From NCBI GenBank assembly GCA_037924335.1, contig JAXSMZ010000005.1:1-64000 (forward strand): a stretch of 64,000 nucleotides of DNA. Direction: 5' to 3'. Source of the DNA: Aquificaceae bacterium (GTDB lineage: Bacteria; Aquificota; Aquificia; Aquificales; Aquificaceae). Each line of letters opens with the position of its first letter. The first letter of the stretch is position 1. The translations under genes and the position numbers were made by a program. The notes under the pieces were generated by a model, which searched no databases, was not told where the DNA came from, and saw only the letters and a program-made list of their open reading frames with translations. Shown piece by piece: positions 33,440 through 44,120 of the stretch.

Positions 33440-33940
33440 CTAAAATTTTAAGCCATTGATTATCTCATGGGAGATATCATCTGGGTTCTTTGTTGCATCT
33501 ACATGCATCTGTGCTTGCGAATACATTGTGGACCTTTTGCTGTAGAGGTCCTTGAGCTCTTCAATAGACTTTCTTAGAAGTGGTCTTTCTTTGTTGTCCT
33601 TGCATCTTCTTAAAAACTCTTCAAAAGGTATGTTTAACCATACAACAAGACCCCTCTCTTTCATAAACTTCATTGCTTCCTCATTGGCTCCAAGTCCTCC
33701 ACCTGTGCTCACAACTACCCATTCCTTCTTAGCTACCTCCTTTAAAACTTCCATCTCTCTTTTTCTGAAGTACTCCTCCCCCTTTTTATCAAAAATTTCC
33801 TCTATAGTCATACCTTCGTACTTTTCCACCATCCTGTCAACATCGTAAAAATTCCAGCCAAGCTCTTTGGAAAGATACTCTCCCACCGTGGTCTTACCAC
33901 TGCCCATAAACCCTACCAGAAATATCCTTTTATACCTCAT
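33440..33940 (-). CDS. aroK: Shikimate kinase
   Basis: GFMGSGKTT, GEEYFR, STGGG, RPLL. Confidence 0.95.
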   Translation of the reverse strand: MRYKRIFLVGFMGSGKTTVGEYLSKELGWNFYDVDRMVEKYEGMTIEEIFDKKGEEYFRKREMEVLKEVAKKEWVVVSTGGGLGANEEAMKFMKERGLVVWLNIPFEEFLRRCKDNKERPLLRKSIEELKDLYSKRSTMYSQAQMHVDATKNPDDISHEIINGLKF

Positions 33941-34682
33941 GCCTTACAAAGAGGAGGTTAAGGAGGGAAAGAAAACCACCAAAAAGTATAAGAAAAGAAA
34001 GCTGCCTTGGCTTTAATCCCCTGATAAGGTTAGCATGCACTACCAGAGCATAGTATACCCACAGTATCAGAGTGGTCAGAAGTTTGGGGTCGTTTATCCA
34101 GTGCTTTCCAAAATGGACCCTTGTCCAAAGGCTTCCAAAGATCAGGGTTAGGGTGAAGGCAACGAAGGATGAGTTTATGAGCAACCTCTCCATAGTTCTT
34201 AGCAAGTTTATAGGCATGTGAAAAGAAGGGAAGTCTTTGTGCTTTAACCTCTTTTCAAAGAAGAGTCTTAAAAAGGCTGCTATGCTTCCCAAAAAAGCGG
34301 ATACGTATGCAAAAAGTGCCGATACTGCATGAAGAGAGTAAAGGGGATTTTTATATATAGATAGCTCCGAAGAGAGGACGAGGAGAGTAAAAAGCAATCC
34401 AAAGAAGGATAAAATCGCAGAGAACCTAAGTATTTCTTGATTCTTGTATGACATAAGTATAAGTATTGATATAACTATATTACCAAGCAGGGATACAAAA
34501 CCGTATATGTTTGCAAAAGGGAAGCCCCCAATATGTAAGCTTATCTTGGATACATAGTAAAGATAAGAGGCTATAGCAATGAAGATGGGTATGAGTATAA
34601 ACCTTTTACTCAGCTTGCTATAGTACGATACCAAGGCTAAAAAAAAGGAGATCAAGTAGAAGGATACGCTAACTATCAGCAT
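33930..34682 (-). CDS. Cytochrome c assembly protein family (CcsA/HemX-like)
   Basis: Multi-TM, GSLW...W.DPK WWD-like motif, conserved His residues. Confidence 0.8.
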   Translation of the reverse strand: MLIVSVSFYLISFFLALVSYYSKLSKRFILIPIFIAIASYLYYVSKISLHIGGFPFANIYGFVSLLGNIVISILILMSYKNQEILRFSAILSFFGLLFTLLVLSSELSIYKNPLYSLHAVSALFAYVSAFLGSIAAFLRLFFEKRLKHKDFPSFHMPINLLRTMERLLINSSFVAFTLTLIFGSLWTRVHFGKHWINDPKLLTTLILWVYYALVVHANLIRGLKPRQLSFLILFGGFLSLLNLLFVRHEV

Positions 34683-34697
34683 ATCTAATTAATTTAC

Positions 34698-35990
34698 TCA
34701 ACTTCTCCCCATGGGGTAGTACTCAAAGCCAAGCTCCCTTACGTGAGATGGTTCGTACACATTCCTGCCATCTATTATTATGGGAAGCTTCATAAGGTTT
34801 TTTACCTTGAAAAGGTTGGCTTTTACAAACTCCTCCCACTCTGTTATTATGAGAAGAGCATCGGCATCCTTTAAAACGTCGTACATGCTGTTTCCATAGT
34901 TTATTTTAGGGAAGAATTTTTTGAAGTTTTCCATAGCCTTTGGGTCATAAGCGTAAACTTTTGCTCCATGCTCCAAGAGTGCAGATACTATCTTTATAGA
35001 TGGAGCCTCCCTTATATCATCCGTGTTTGGCTTGAAGGCAAGTCCCCAAAGGGCAAGCTTTTTATCTTTCAAGCTCCATAGTACATCTTGCACCTTCTCT
35101 ATGAACCTCTTTATCCTGCTGGAGTTGACCCTTTCCACCTCTTTGAGTAGAGAAAAATCCACACCATAGCTCTCAGCTATCTTTATGAAAGCTTTCACAT
35201 CTTTTGGGAAGCAGCTACCTCCCCATCCAATGCCTGCGTTTAGAAAACTCCTTCCTATCCTTTTATCGTATCCCATACCATCTGCCACAAGCTTTACATC
35301 TGCTCCAGTCTTTTCACAGAGGTCAGCTATCATGTTGATGAAGGATATCTTCATGGCTAAAAAGGAGTTGGAAGCATGCTTTATAAGCTCTGCCGTTGCA
35401 GGGTCTGTAAATATTATGGGTGCTCTTATATCTTTGTATATCTCTTTGAATATATCTTTTGCTCTCTCGCTCTCAACTCCAACAACTACTCTGTCTGGCT
35501 CAAGAAAGTCCTTTAAAGCGCTCCCCTCCCTTAGGAACTCTGGATTTGATGCCACATCAAAGTCCACCTCCCTTTTTGCATTCCTTTGGATTGTTTTTTT
35601 TATAAGCTTGTGTGTGTTTACAGGAACTGTAGACTTTTCTACAAGAAGCTTGTAGGATTCCATGTGCGTAGCTACAGTCCTTGCCACCTCTTCAACCTGT
35701 GAAAGGTCAGCAGAACCATCCTGATTCTGTGGTGTCCCAACTGATATGAAGATGATGTCCGAAAAAGCAATGCCCTCTTCTACGCTTGTTGTAAAGCTTA
35801 TTCTCCCACGGCTTAAGTTCTCAAGAAGAAGGTCCTCCAAGCCAGGCTCGTATATGGGCAGCTTTCCATCCTTTAGCATGGACACTTTCTCTGGTAGCTT
35901 TTCAACCACTAGAACATGGTGGCCAAGATGTGAAAAGCAGACGCCAGTAGTTAAGCCCACGTATCCAGCTCCCATCACGGTAATCCTCAT
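34698..35990 (-). CDS. ugd: UDP-glucose/GDP-mannose 6-dehydrogenase
   Basis: GAGYVG, KSTVP, SNPEFLREG, GGSCFPKD, FKPNTDD. Confidence 0.92.
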   Translation of the reverse strand: MRITVMGAGYVGLTTGVCFSHLGHHVLVVEKLPEKVSMLKDGKLPIYEPGLEDLLLENLSRGRISFTTSVEEGIAFSDIIFISVGTPQNQDGSADLSQVEEVARTVATHMESYKLLVEKSTVPVNTHKLIKKTIQRNAKREVDFDVASNPEFLREGSALKDFLEPDRVVVGVESERAKDIFKEIYKDIRAPIIFTDPATAELIKHASNSFLAMKISFINMIADLCEKTGADVKLVADGMGYDKRIGRSFLNAGIGWGGSCFPKDVKAFIKIAESYGVDFSLLKEVERVNSSRIKRFIEKVQDVLWSLKDKKLALWGLAFKPNTDDIREAPSIKIVSALLEHGAKVYAYDPKAMENFKKFFPKINYGNSMYDVLKDADALLIITEWEEFVKANLFKVKNLMKLPIIIDGRNVYEPSHVRELGFEYYPMGRS

Positions 35991-38086
35991 GCCTTTTCCT
36001 CCGCAAGGACTAAGTCCAGCCTTCCCCTTTCCTCTTCAACCCTTACAACCTTTACGCTTACCCTATCTCCAAGCCTAAAAACCTTACCGCTCTTAACCCC
36101 TACAAACCTATGAGCAGGTTCATCGTAAACATACTGGTCATCCGTTAGGGTACTTATGCTTACGAGCCCCTCAACCAGATAATCCTGAATTTCAACGAAA
36201 AAACCAAAGGACATAACCCCTGTTATTATACCTTTAAAAACTTCCCCAATATGGGCTTTCATAAGCCTTGTTTTTAAAAGCTCTATGGCCTCCCTTTCCA
36301 CTTCGTCTGCAAGCCTTTCCCTGTTTGAGAGATGTTCTCCAACTATCTCTAAGTTGGCAACTTCTCGCTCGCTGTCTACACTCTCACCCATGATGGCCTT
36401 TTTGAGAAGCCTATGAACTACCAAGTCTGCGTATCTCCTTATGGGAGATGTAAAATGAGCATAGTGTTCTGTGGCAAGACCAAAGTGTCCAAGGTTGTGT
36501 GGAGAGTAATGAGCCCTCTTCATGCTTCTGAGAGTTAAAAACCTTATAAGGTTTTCCTCTGGCCTTCCTTCGAAGTCTTCTAAGATCTTCTGAAAAAACT
36601 TAGGCTCAAGGGAGACTTTCTTGATCTTGTAACCAAGCCCAGAGAGTATTTCAACTAAGTTTTCAACCTTCTCTCTGTCTGGTCTTTCGTGCACTCTGTA
36701 AAGGCATGGGTAGCCTGCATTCTCCAAGTGAAGAGCAACTACCTCATTGGCTGATATCATAAAGTGTTCTATTATCTTGTGTGCTATGTGTCTCTCGTAT
36801 GGGACAACAGCTACAGGCTCACCAAATTCGTCTATCAAAACCTCAGATTCTGGCAAATCAAAATCTATGCTTCCCCTTTCCCATCTCCTTCCAGAGAGTA
36901 TTCTATAAAAGTCCTCCATAAGCCTCAGCGGTTCGACAAGATAAGGATATTTTTCCTCAAGACCAGGGTCTCCTACTATGAGCCTTAGAGCTTCATCGTA
37001 AGTCAGTCTTGCCTTGCTCCTTATCACGCTTTCGTAAATGTCATAACTCAAAAGGTTTCCCTTTTTATCAAACTCCATCTCACAGGTGAACGCGAGCCTG
37101 TCCTCGTCAGGTTTTAGACTGCAAAGGTCAGCGGAGAGCTTCTCCGGCAACATATGGAGAGTCCTATCTGGAAGGTAGAAAGTAAAACCCCTTTTGAGAG
37201 CCTCCTTGTCTGTTTCTGAACCTTCCTTTACGTAATGAGAAACGTCCGCTATATGCACCCAAAGCCTATAGTTCCCCTCTCCTGTCAGCTCTATTGCTAC
37301 AGCATCGTCAAAATCTTTTGCCCTCTCAGGGTCTATGGTGAAACAAACCTGCTGGCGCATATCCCTTCTCCTTTTTAGCTCTTTCTTTATGTTAAGCTTC
37401 ATCTTCCCTACTTCTTTTAGAGCACTCTCTGGATAAGATGTGGGAAGATCATACTTTCTCAAAAGGAGGTCTACTATAAGAACCTTCTCCTCTGGATGTC
37501 CAAGCACTTCCTTTATGCTACCCTTTGCAGGTTTTGATTTCTTTGGGTATTCCTTTATGAGGACTACAACAACGGTGTCCTTTCTTAGTTCCTTGCATTC
37601 CTCCTTCTCAAGAAGTATCTTCTGGTGAGTACTCTCATGCAAAGGAACGCAGTAGCATACCTTATCCTTTACCACTTTACAAGCTATCTCTTTCTTTCCC
37701 CTCTTAACTATGCTAAGTATCCTTACCTCTTTTTTACCCTTGAACTCCACTATCTTTGCTCTGACCATATCACCATCAAAGACCTTCTTCATCTCAAAAG
37801 GGGGTATGTATACATCCTTTTCACCACCTCCCAACTGAAGAAAACCAAAGCCAGCCGGATAAGATATAACTCTTCCAGTTACAACCTTCTCAGTGGCAAG
37901 CCTATATTTACCCCTCTCTATTGATACCTTTTCAGCTTTCTTTAAACTCTTCAAAAGCTTTTTCAACTCCTTTCTACCCTCCTTGCTTATGCCTAGCTTT
38001 TTCGCTATCTGCTCAAAATGAAGAGCAGCTTTTGAGCTTCTAAGTAAGTTGAGAACCTCTTCCTCTGATATCTCTCTCTCTATCAT
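35987..38086 (-). CDS. rnr: Ribonuclease R
   Basis: TIDPERAKDFDDA, HFTSPIRRYADL, C-terminal S1. Confidence 0.95.
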   Translation of the reverse strand: MIEREISEEEVLNLLRSSKAALHFEQIAKKLGISKEGRKELKKLLKSLKKAEKVSIERGKYRLATEKVVTGRVISYPAGFGFLQLGGGEKDVYIPPFEMKKVFDGDMVRAKIVEFKGKKEVRILSIVKRGKKEIACKVVKDKVCYCVPLHESTHQKILLEKEECKELRKDTVVVVLIKEYPKKSKPAKGSIKEVLGHPEEKVLIVDLLLRKYDLPTSYPESALKEVGKMKLNIKKELKRRRDMRQQVCFTIDPERAKDFDDAVAIELTGEGNYRLWVHIADVSHYVKEGSETDKEALKRGFTFYLPDRTLHMLPEKLSADLCSLKPDEDRLAFTCEMEFDKKGNLLSYDIYESVIRSKARLTYDEALRLIVGDPGLEEKYPYLVEPLRLMEDFYRILSGRRWERGSIDFDLPESEVLIDEFGEPVAVVPYERHIAHKIIEHFMISANEVVALHLENAGYPCLYRVHERPDREKVENLVEILSGLGYKIKKVSLEPKFFQKILEDFEGRPEENLIRFLTLRSMKRAHYSPHNLGHFGLATEHYAHFTSPIRRYADLVVHRLLKKAIMGESVDSEREVANLEIVGEHLSNRERLADEVEREAIELLKTRLMKAHIGEVFKGIITGVMSFGFFVEIQDYLVEGLVSISTLTDDQYVYDEPAHRFVGVKSGKVFRLGDRVSVKVVRVEEERGRLDLVLAEEKA

Positions 38087-38147
38087 ATTTTAAATATTGT
38101 AATCAATAACGTTATTCACTATAATAATTACTCGCTGGAGGAAGAAG

Positions 38148-38348
38148 ATGGCAAAGATTAAGATGAAATCAAACAGGTCGGCTAAGAAAAGGTTTAAGAT
38201 AACAGCTACTGGGAAGATAAAAAGGTGGCATGCTGGCGGATCCCACTACAACACCAAAAAGGCAAAGGATAGGAAAAGAAGGTTAAGGAAATCAACGCTT
38301 GTAAAGCCAAGTTGGCACGATAAAGTGATGGGACTTCTGAAAGAATAA
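38148..38348 (+). CDS. rpmI: 50S ribosomal protein L35
   Basis: [19 protein letters not shown]. Confidence 0.96.
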   Translation: MAKIKMKSNRSAKKRFKITATGKIKRWHAGGSHYNTKKAKDRKRRLRKSTLVKPSWHDKVMGLLKE

Positions 38349-38350
38349 CA

Positions 38351-39388
38351 TTGAAAAGGAAAGTTCTAATAATTTTTACACCCTCTGAGGACATAGCTAA
38401 GTCTGTTGTAGAAAGGCTTGACGAGAAAAGTATTGAACACATACTGTTTAACACCATTTTGGTGTTGATGACTGAAAAGGATGAGAGTTTCCTTAAGCTA
38501 GTTTCGGAACTTGAAGAGAGTCTCATAGGAAATCTTAGGTTTCTGCTTCTCGATTCTGCGGAAAACTTAAAGATAGATGAGAGATTCCTGCTCAGCCAAG
38601 TACCCAGTACTATGGACATGAAAGGGCTGATTGACGTTCTCATAAATAAACTTTTAGGGAGCATTCTTTATGAAACAAAGGTGTTTTTCCATGCTATTGT
38701 AGACCTAAAGGATGGTAGCGTCTTTGCTTTTGAATCCCTTTGCAGACCACCATTAAGTATTGTGGACCTCTTAAAAGTAGGCAAGTCTTCGTCGATGTTT
38801 TTTGAGAACTTCTGTAGGGGCAAAGCATTGAAGGAGGCATCGCAGAAGGTGAAGGGTCTGAAACTTTTTCTGAACATTCATCCTGGATTTCTCACAGACC
38901 CTCTCAGAGATTTTGGAGACCTTATATCAACTGCCATATCTTACAATTTTGACCCATCGAGTATAGTGTTAGAGCTTACAGAGCATGAGAGGATTGACCT
39001 CAAAAGCATCAAAAATTTAATAAATTTTTTGAAGGAGGAGGGAGTGAAGGTGGCTCTTGATGACGTAGGAAGTGGATACTCTGGGCTTTTTTATCTCCAT
39101 GAACTCAAGCCAGATTATATAAAAATAGATATGGAGCTGATAAGAGACATACACAAAAACAACTTTAAAAAGGTTATAGTGTCACATCTTATAGAGATGG
39201 CTCATTGGCAGAACATAAAGGTAGTGTGTGAAGGAGTAGAAAAAGAAGAAGAGCTTGAATGGATAGTTTACGCTGGTTCTGATTATGCACAGGGATTTTT
39301 ATTTTCTAAACCCATAGAGAAGCCAAAGCTGGAAGAAATAGAGGAGAGGTCAAAAAGGTTGATAAGGAGCTTGACTTCTTCTAATTGA
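38351..39388 (+). CDS. EAL-domain c-di-GMP phosphodiesterase
   Basis: ESL, N, ELTE, DDVGSGYS, KID, EGVE, QGFLF. Confidence 0.88.
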   Translation: MKRKVLIIFTPSEDIAKSVVERLDEKSIEHILFNTILVLMTEKDESFLKLVSELEESLIGNLRFLLLDSAENLKIDERFLLSQVPSTMDMKGLIDVLINKLLGSILYETKVFFHAIVDLKDGSVFAFESLCRPPLSIVDLLKVGKSSSMFFENFCRGKALKEASQKVKGLKLFLNIHPGFLTDPLRDFGDLISTAISYNFDPSSIVLELTEHERIDLKSIKNLINFLKEEGVKVALDDVGSGYSGLFYLHELKPDYIKIDMELIRDIHKNNFKKVIVSHLIEMAHWQNIKVVCEGVEKEEELEWIVYAGSDYAQGFLFSKPIEKPKLEEIEERSKRLIRSLTSSN

Positions 39389-39415
39389 GAATTATTTTCA
39401 TTAAAGGAGGTAAGC

Positions 39416-40972
39416 ATGGAAAGGGTTTATATATTTGATACCACTCTTAGAGATGGGGAACAGGCACCTGGATTCTCTATGACCACAGAAGAAAAATTGC
39501 AGATGGCTGCTCAACTTTCAAAGCTCGGTGTGGATGTTATAGAAGCAGGTTTTGCTGCGGCATCAAAGGGGGATCTTGAGAGTGTGAACTTGATAGCAAA
39601 GGAGATTAAGGGTCCAGTTGTATGCTCCCTTGCAAGAGCTTTAGAGAAGGATATAGAGCTTGCAGCCGAGGCAATAAAACCGGCTGAGAGGAAAAGGATA
39701 CACACCTTTATAGCAACTTCTGAGATACATATGAAGTATAAACTGAGGATGTCTCCTGAAGATGTCTTAAAGAGGGCAAAGGAAGCCATAGAGTTTGCAC
39801 GCAGGTTTACAGATGATGTGGAATTTTCCTGCGAGGATGCTACAAGAAGCCAGAGGGAATTCCTATATAGGGTTATAGAAACTGCTATAAGGGCTGGTGC
39901 TACAGTTATAAACATACCAGACACAGTTGGCTACGCCATTCCTGAAGAGTTTGCTGAGCTGATAAGAGACATTGGCAACAACGTACCAAACATAGACAAA
40001 GCCATAATAAGCGTTCACTGTCATGATGACCTAGGACTTGCTGTAGCAAACTCTCTTATGGCTGTCAAATACGGAGCAAGGCAAGTGGAGTGTACTATAA
40101 ACGGAATAGGTGAGAGGGCGGGCAACGCAGCTATGGAAGAGATAGTTATGGCTCTTAAAGTTAGAAGAGACTTCTTGGGAGACTTTTACACAAACATAAA
40201 CACAAAGGAAATATACAAAACAAGCAGGCTCCTCTGCAGGATAACTGGTTCCTTTGTTCAGCCCAACAAGGCTGTTATCGGAGACAATGCTTTTGCTCAC
40301 GAATCTGGAATACACCAGCATGGTGTTCTTTCCAACCCACTCACTTACGAGATAATGAGTCCAGAGGACGTAGGCTTTCCATCCACAAGAATAGTTCTTG
40401 GAAAGCATTCTGGAAGGCATGCTCTAAAGAAGAGGTTGAGCGAGCTTGGTTTTAATCTAAGCGAAGAGGATATAGAGAAGGTTTTTGAAAAGTTCAAAGC
40501 CTTAGCGGACAAAAAGAAGGAAATCTACGATGAGGATCTGGAAGCTCTCATATACGAAGAGTTTATGAAAGTGGATGAAGAACCCATAAAGGTCAAGCAT
40601 TACCAAGTTCAGACAGGTGATAACATGTTCCCTACTGCTACGGTTGTTCTAACTTACAGAGGTGAAGAGAGAACTGCTACATCTACTGGTAACGGTCCTG
40701 TGGATGCTGTCATAAAAGCTATGCAAAAAGCTCTGGGAGTTGAGCCCAAACTGCTTGATTTTTCTATAAAAGCTCTAACACCAAACACGGACGCACAGGC
40801 AGAGTCAAGGCTTGTGGTAGAGTTTGAAGGGCTTGTTGCTTCTGGAAGGGGAATAGACACTGACATAATAAAGGCGAGCGTAAATGGTTTTGTGGATGCT
40901 CTCAACAGAGCCATCATAAGGAAGAGCTATATTCTATCGAGGGGAAGGGCTGTAGAAGAGGGGACAGTGTGA
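39416..40972 (+). CDS. leuA: 2-isopropylmalate synthase
   Basis: DTTLRDGEQ, HCHDDLG, GERAGN, HESGIHQHG, GNGPVDA. Confidence 0.96.
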   Translation: MERVYIFDTTLRDGEQAPGFSMTTEEKLQMAAQLSKLGVDVIEAGFAAASKGDLESVNLIAKEIKGPVVCSLARALEKDIELAAEAIKPAERKRIHTFIATSEIHMKYKLRMSPEDVLKRAKEAIEFARRFTDDVEFSCEDATRSQREFLYRVIETAIRAGATVINIPDTVGYAIPEEFAELIRDIGNNVPNIDKAIISVHCHDDLGLAVANSLMAVKYGARQVECTINGIGERAGNAAMEEIVMALKVRRDFLGDFYTNINTKEIYKTSRLLCRITGSFVQPNKAVIGDNAFAHESGIHQHGVLSNPLTYEIMSPEDVGFPSTRIVLGKHSGRHALKKRLSELGFNLSEEDIEKVFEKFKALADKKKEIYDEDLEALIYEEFMKVDEEPIKVKHYQVQTGDNMFPTATVVLTYRGEERTATSTGNGPVDAVIKAMQKALGVEPKLLDFSIKALTPNTDAQAESRLVVEFEGLVASGRGIDTDIIKASVNGFVDALNRAIIRKSYILSRGRAVEEGTV

Positions 40973-40979
40973 TGGTCTT

Positions 40980-42725
40980 CTAAGTGTACCTCTTGCCGCT
41001 TAGCATGTTCCTCTTCTTTTTCACAAACTCAACCACTCCCTCCATATCCAAAGTGTTGAGAATAAATTCAGGAAGAGCCCATCCCCTCCTTGCCAATCCA
41101 ACGCCAAGCTTTATATATTCCAAATGAATAGGAGAGTGGGCATCTGTGACTATACCAACCATGACCCCCTTCTCCATGCATTCTCTCACTTTCTCTGGAG
41201 ATATGTCAGCCCTGAAAGTGTTCAGCTCAAGAGCAGTATTAGTTTCCTTAGCAAGGTCCATAACCCTCTCCATATCCAACGGGTAGCCTTCCCTTGTACC
41301 GTAAGATTTACCAGTTGGGTGTCCTATCATGTTCACGTAAGGGTTTTCTATAGCCTTAAGTATTCTGTAAGTGTTATCCTGAGTAAACCTTGAATGTATG
41401 GAAGCAACGACAAAATCGAACTCCTCGAGCGCTTCGTTTGAAAGGTCTAAGCTTCCATCTGGTAGGATGTCCACCTCGCATCCTCTGAAAATGTAAAGGT
41501 TCCTATAGTCTCTCCTTAACTTTTCTATCTCTCTCCATTGCTCTTTGTACCTCTCTATGTCAAGCCCCTTTGCCACTCTTGAAGATTGAGAATGGTCCCC
41601 AATTACTATGTACTTATGCCCCATCTTATATGCAGTACGTACCATCTCTTCCAGAGAACCGATGCCATCGCTCCAGTTGGTGTGCACATGGAAATCACCC
41701 TTTACGTCCTCATAGCTCAAAAGATTGGGAAGTTGACCGCTAAGTGCCAGCTCTATTTCTCCAGAGTTTTCTCTAAGCTCTGGCGGTGGTGTTTGCATGC
41801 CAATCAGTGAGTAAACCTCCTCTTCCGTTCTTCCTCCAATCCACCTGTCTGTTTCCGCTTGGAAAACCCCATACTCGCTTATCTTAAGTCCTATAGCCTT
41901 TGCTATATCCCTTATCCTTATGTTGTGCTCCTTTGATCCAGTAAAGTATTGAAGGGCTGAACCCCACTGATGGGGTTCAACGGTTCTTAGGTCCACTTGC
42001 CTTCCGTTCTTGAGTACCACGCTTGACTTGGTTTCACCCTTCAAAACTATTTGCTCAACATCTGGGTATCTGACAAAGTGCTCATGTATTTTTTCCCAAT
42101 TTTCTCTCTTAGCAGATACAAGTATATCTATATCCCCAACTGTCTCCTTTTTCCTTCTCAAACTTCCAGCAGGTTCTATACTCTCCATTAAAGTTTTTAT
42201 CCTTTTCATATAGTTTAGATAACCTTTAGCTATCTCGAAGGCTTCTATCAACGTCATTCTCTCCTTACTCTTCTCCCAAAGCTCAATACCCCTCATTATG
42301 TTCTGCAGCTTCTTTTCACCAAAGCCCGGTATTGTTGCCAGCATGCCACTCCTCAAAGCCCTCAAAAAATCATCCTTTGTCCTGATCCCCAGCCTATCGT
42401 AAGCTACCTTTAGAGTTTTTGGTCCTATGCTTGGAACGTTCATAAGCTCAAGGAGGTCCTCTGGTACTTTTCTCTTGAGCTCCTCATACTTGGATATCTT
42501 TCCAGTTCTTAGGTACTCAACTATCTTCTCAATGCTAGATTCCCCTATGCCTGGTACCTGGTGTATCTTCCCCGTTTTCACAAGCTCTTCTACATCTACC
42601 CCAAGTTCAGAAAGTATGTTTGCAACGCGTCTGTAAGTGGATATTCTGTAAGGATTGTCCCCCAAAAACTCAAGCATATCCGCCATTTTTTCAAAAATGC
42701 TTGCTATCTCCTTATTCTTGTTCAT
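40980..42725 (-). CDS. polX: DNA polymerase X with PHP domain
   Basis: HhH motifs, AGSLRR..ETVGDIDI, FTGSKEHN, HVHT.WSDG, TDAH. Confidence 0.93.
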   Translation of the reverse strand: MNKNKEIASIFEKMADMLEFLGDNPYRISTYRRVANILSELGVDVEELVKTGKIHQVPGIGESSIEKIVEYLRTGKISKYEELKRKVPEDLLELMNVPSIGPKTLKVAYDRLGIRTKDDFLRALRSGMLATIPGFGEKKLQNIMRGIELWEKSKERMTLIEAFEIAKGYLNYMKRIKTLMESIEPAGSLRRKKETVGDIDILVSAKRENWEKIHEHFVRYPDVEQIVLKGETKSSVVLKNGRQVDLRTVEPHQWGSALQYFTGSKEHNIRIRDIAKAIGLKISEYGVFQAETDRWIGGRTEEEVYSLIGMQTPPPELRENSGEIELALSGQLPNLLSYEDVKGDFHVHTNWSDGIGSLEEMVRTAYKMGHKYIVIGDHSQSSRVAKGLDIERYKEQWREIEKLRRDYRNLYIFRGCEVDILPDGSLDLSNEALEEFDFVVASIHSRFTQDNTYRILKAIENPYVNMIGHPTGKSYGTREGYPLDMERVMDLAKETNTALELNTFRADISPEKVRECMEKGVMVGIVTDAHSPIHLEYIKLGVGLARRGWALPEFILNTLDMEGVVEFVKKKRNMLSGKRYT

Positions 42726-42792
42726 AGGAGTAAATTTAAACTCAACTTGCAATTTGAGGAATTTTGTTTAATATATATAGTTGGAGGTAAGT

Positions 42793-43005
42793 ATGTATCC
42801 GGTGGAGAAGAATAACAGCATACAGGATGAGTTCATTGAGGAATTCAAAAAGAAGAACGCTACTATAACTGTTTTTTTAACGAGGGGCAACAGAATAACG
42901 GGTAAAGTCATTGACCATGATAAGTACACCATACTTCTTGAAGTGGATGGACAACCAAACCTCATATACAAACACGCAGTGAGCACTATAATACAAGGAG
43001 CTTAA
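42793..43005 (+). CDS. hfq: RNA chaperone Hfq
   Basis: IQDEF, Sm1 fold, LIYKHAVSTI; GGAGG RBS. Confidence 0.93.
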   Translation: MYPVEKNNSIQDEFIEEFKKKNATITVFLTRGNRITGKVIDHDKYTILLEVDGQPNLIYKHAVSTIIQGA

Positions 43006-44120
43006 TGAGGGTTTTGCTCGTCGGTGCCATAACTCCAGAACAGAAGGGGGAGGAGTTCAGAGAATCCTTAGAAGAACTAAAGGAACTTGTAAGAGCTTTG
43101 GGGGGTAAGGTCTTGGGTTACATCCTTCAAAAGAAGACATCCCCAGATGTTAAGTACTACGTTGGAGCTGGAAAGGTTCAGGAGGTTAAGGAGGTTGCAA
43201 GGGGTATGAATGCGGATGCTGTGGTTTTCAATGCTTTCTTGAGCCCTTCGCAGATGCACCATCTTGAAGAGGCCATAGGGATCAAAGTACTGGACAAGGC
43301 AGACCTGGTCTTGGAGATATTTTCAAGAAGGGTAAGGAGTAAGACTGCCAAGCTTCAGGTAGAGCTTGCCAGACTTAGCTATGAGCTTCCAAGGTTGTAC
43401 GGAAAAGGCAAGCAGCTTTCGAGGTTGGGTGGTACTGTTGGGACAAGGGGACCTGGTGAGCAAGAGGCTGAGATCAGAAGAAGATGGATAAAAAGGAGAA
43501 TACAGCAAATAAAAGAGGATATAGAGGAAATAAAGAAGCAAAGGAGGGAGCAAAGGAAGAGAAGGGAAAGGGTGTACGGAAACGTGAAAGTTATTAAAGT
43601 AGCCCTTGTAGGATATACAAACGTAGGAAAGTCAAGCTTGATGAAAACCCTAACTGGAAGAGAGACTTTTACGGCTGATATGCCCTTTGCAACGCTTGAC
43701 ACAAAAACGTCTGGAGTTTTCCTTTCTCCATCTTTAAAGATGCTGATCACTGATACCGTAGGTTTTATAAGAGATTTACCCCATGAACTCATAGAGTCCT
43801 TTAAGGCTACCTTGGAGGAGGTTCAGGAGGCTGACATTATCCTTCATGTTGTAGACATATCTGACAGGAAATGGCTTGAAAAGATCAAAGTAGTGAGGAA
43901 GGTCCTTGCTGACCTTGAGGCTGAAGAAAAACCAACTGTATACGTGTTCAATAAGGTGGATAAGCTGGTTGATAGAGAAGAGGATGCTGAGCTTTTGACA
44001 GAACCAGCCTTCTTAGGTGAGAAGTATGTGCTTGTGTCTGCAGAAAAGGGCTGGGGCATTAAAAAGCTGCTCGTTACAATAAGGGAAGTTTCCGAGGAAC
44101 TTACGGGGGTAGCCTTATGA
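43005..44120 (+). CDS. hflX: GTPase HflX
   Basis: GTRGPGE, GYTNVGKS, FATLD, DTVGFI, NKVD. Confidence 0.96.
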   Translation: MRVLLVGAITPEQKGEEFRESLEELKELVRALGGKVLGYILQKKTSPDVKYYVGAGKVQEVKEVARGMNADAVVFNAFLSPSQMHHLEEAIGIKVLDKADLVLEIFSRRVRSKTAKLQVELARLSYELPRLYGKGKQLSRLGGTVGTRGPGEQEAEIRRRWIKRRIQQIKEDIEEIKKQRREQRKRRERVYGNVKVIKVALVGYTNVGKSSLMKTLTGRETFTADMPFATLDTKTSGVFLSPSLKMLITDTVGFIRDLPHELIESFKATLEEVQEADIILHVVDISDRKWLEKIKVVRKVLADLEAEEKPTVYVFNKVDKLVDREEDAELLTEPAFLGEKYVLVSAEKGWGIKKLLVTIREVSEELTGVAL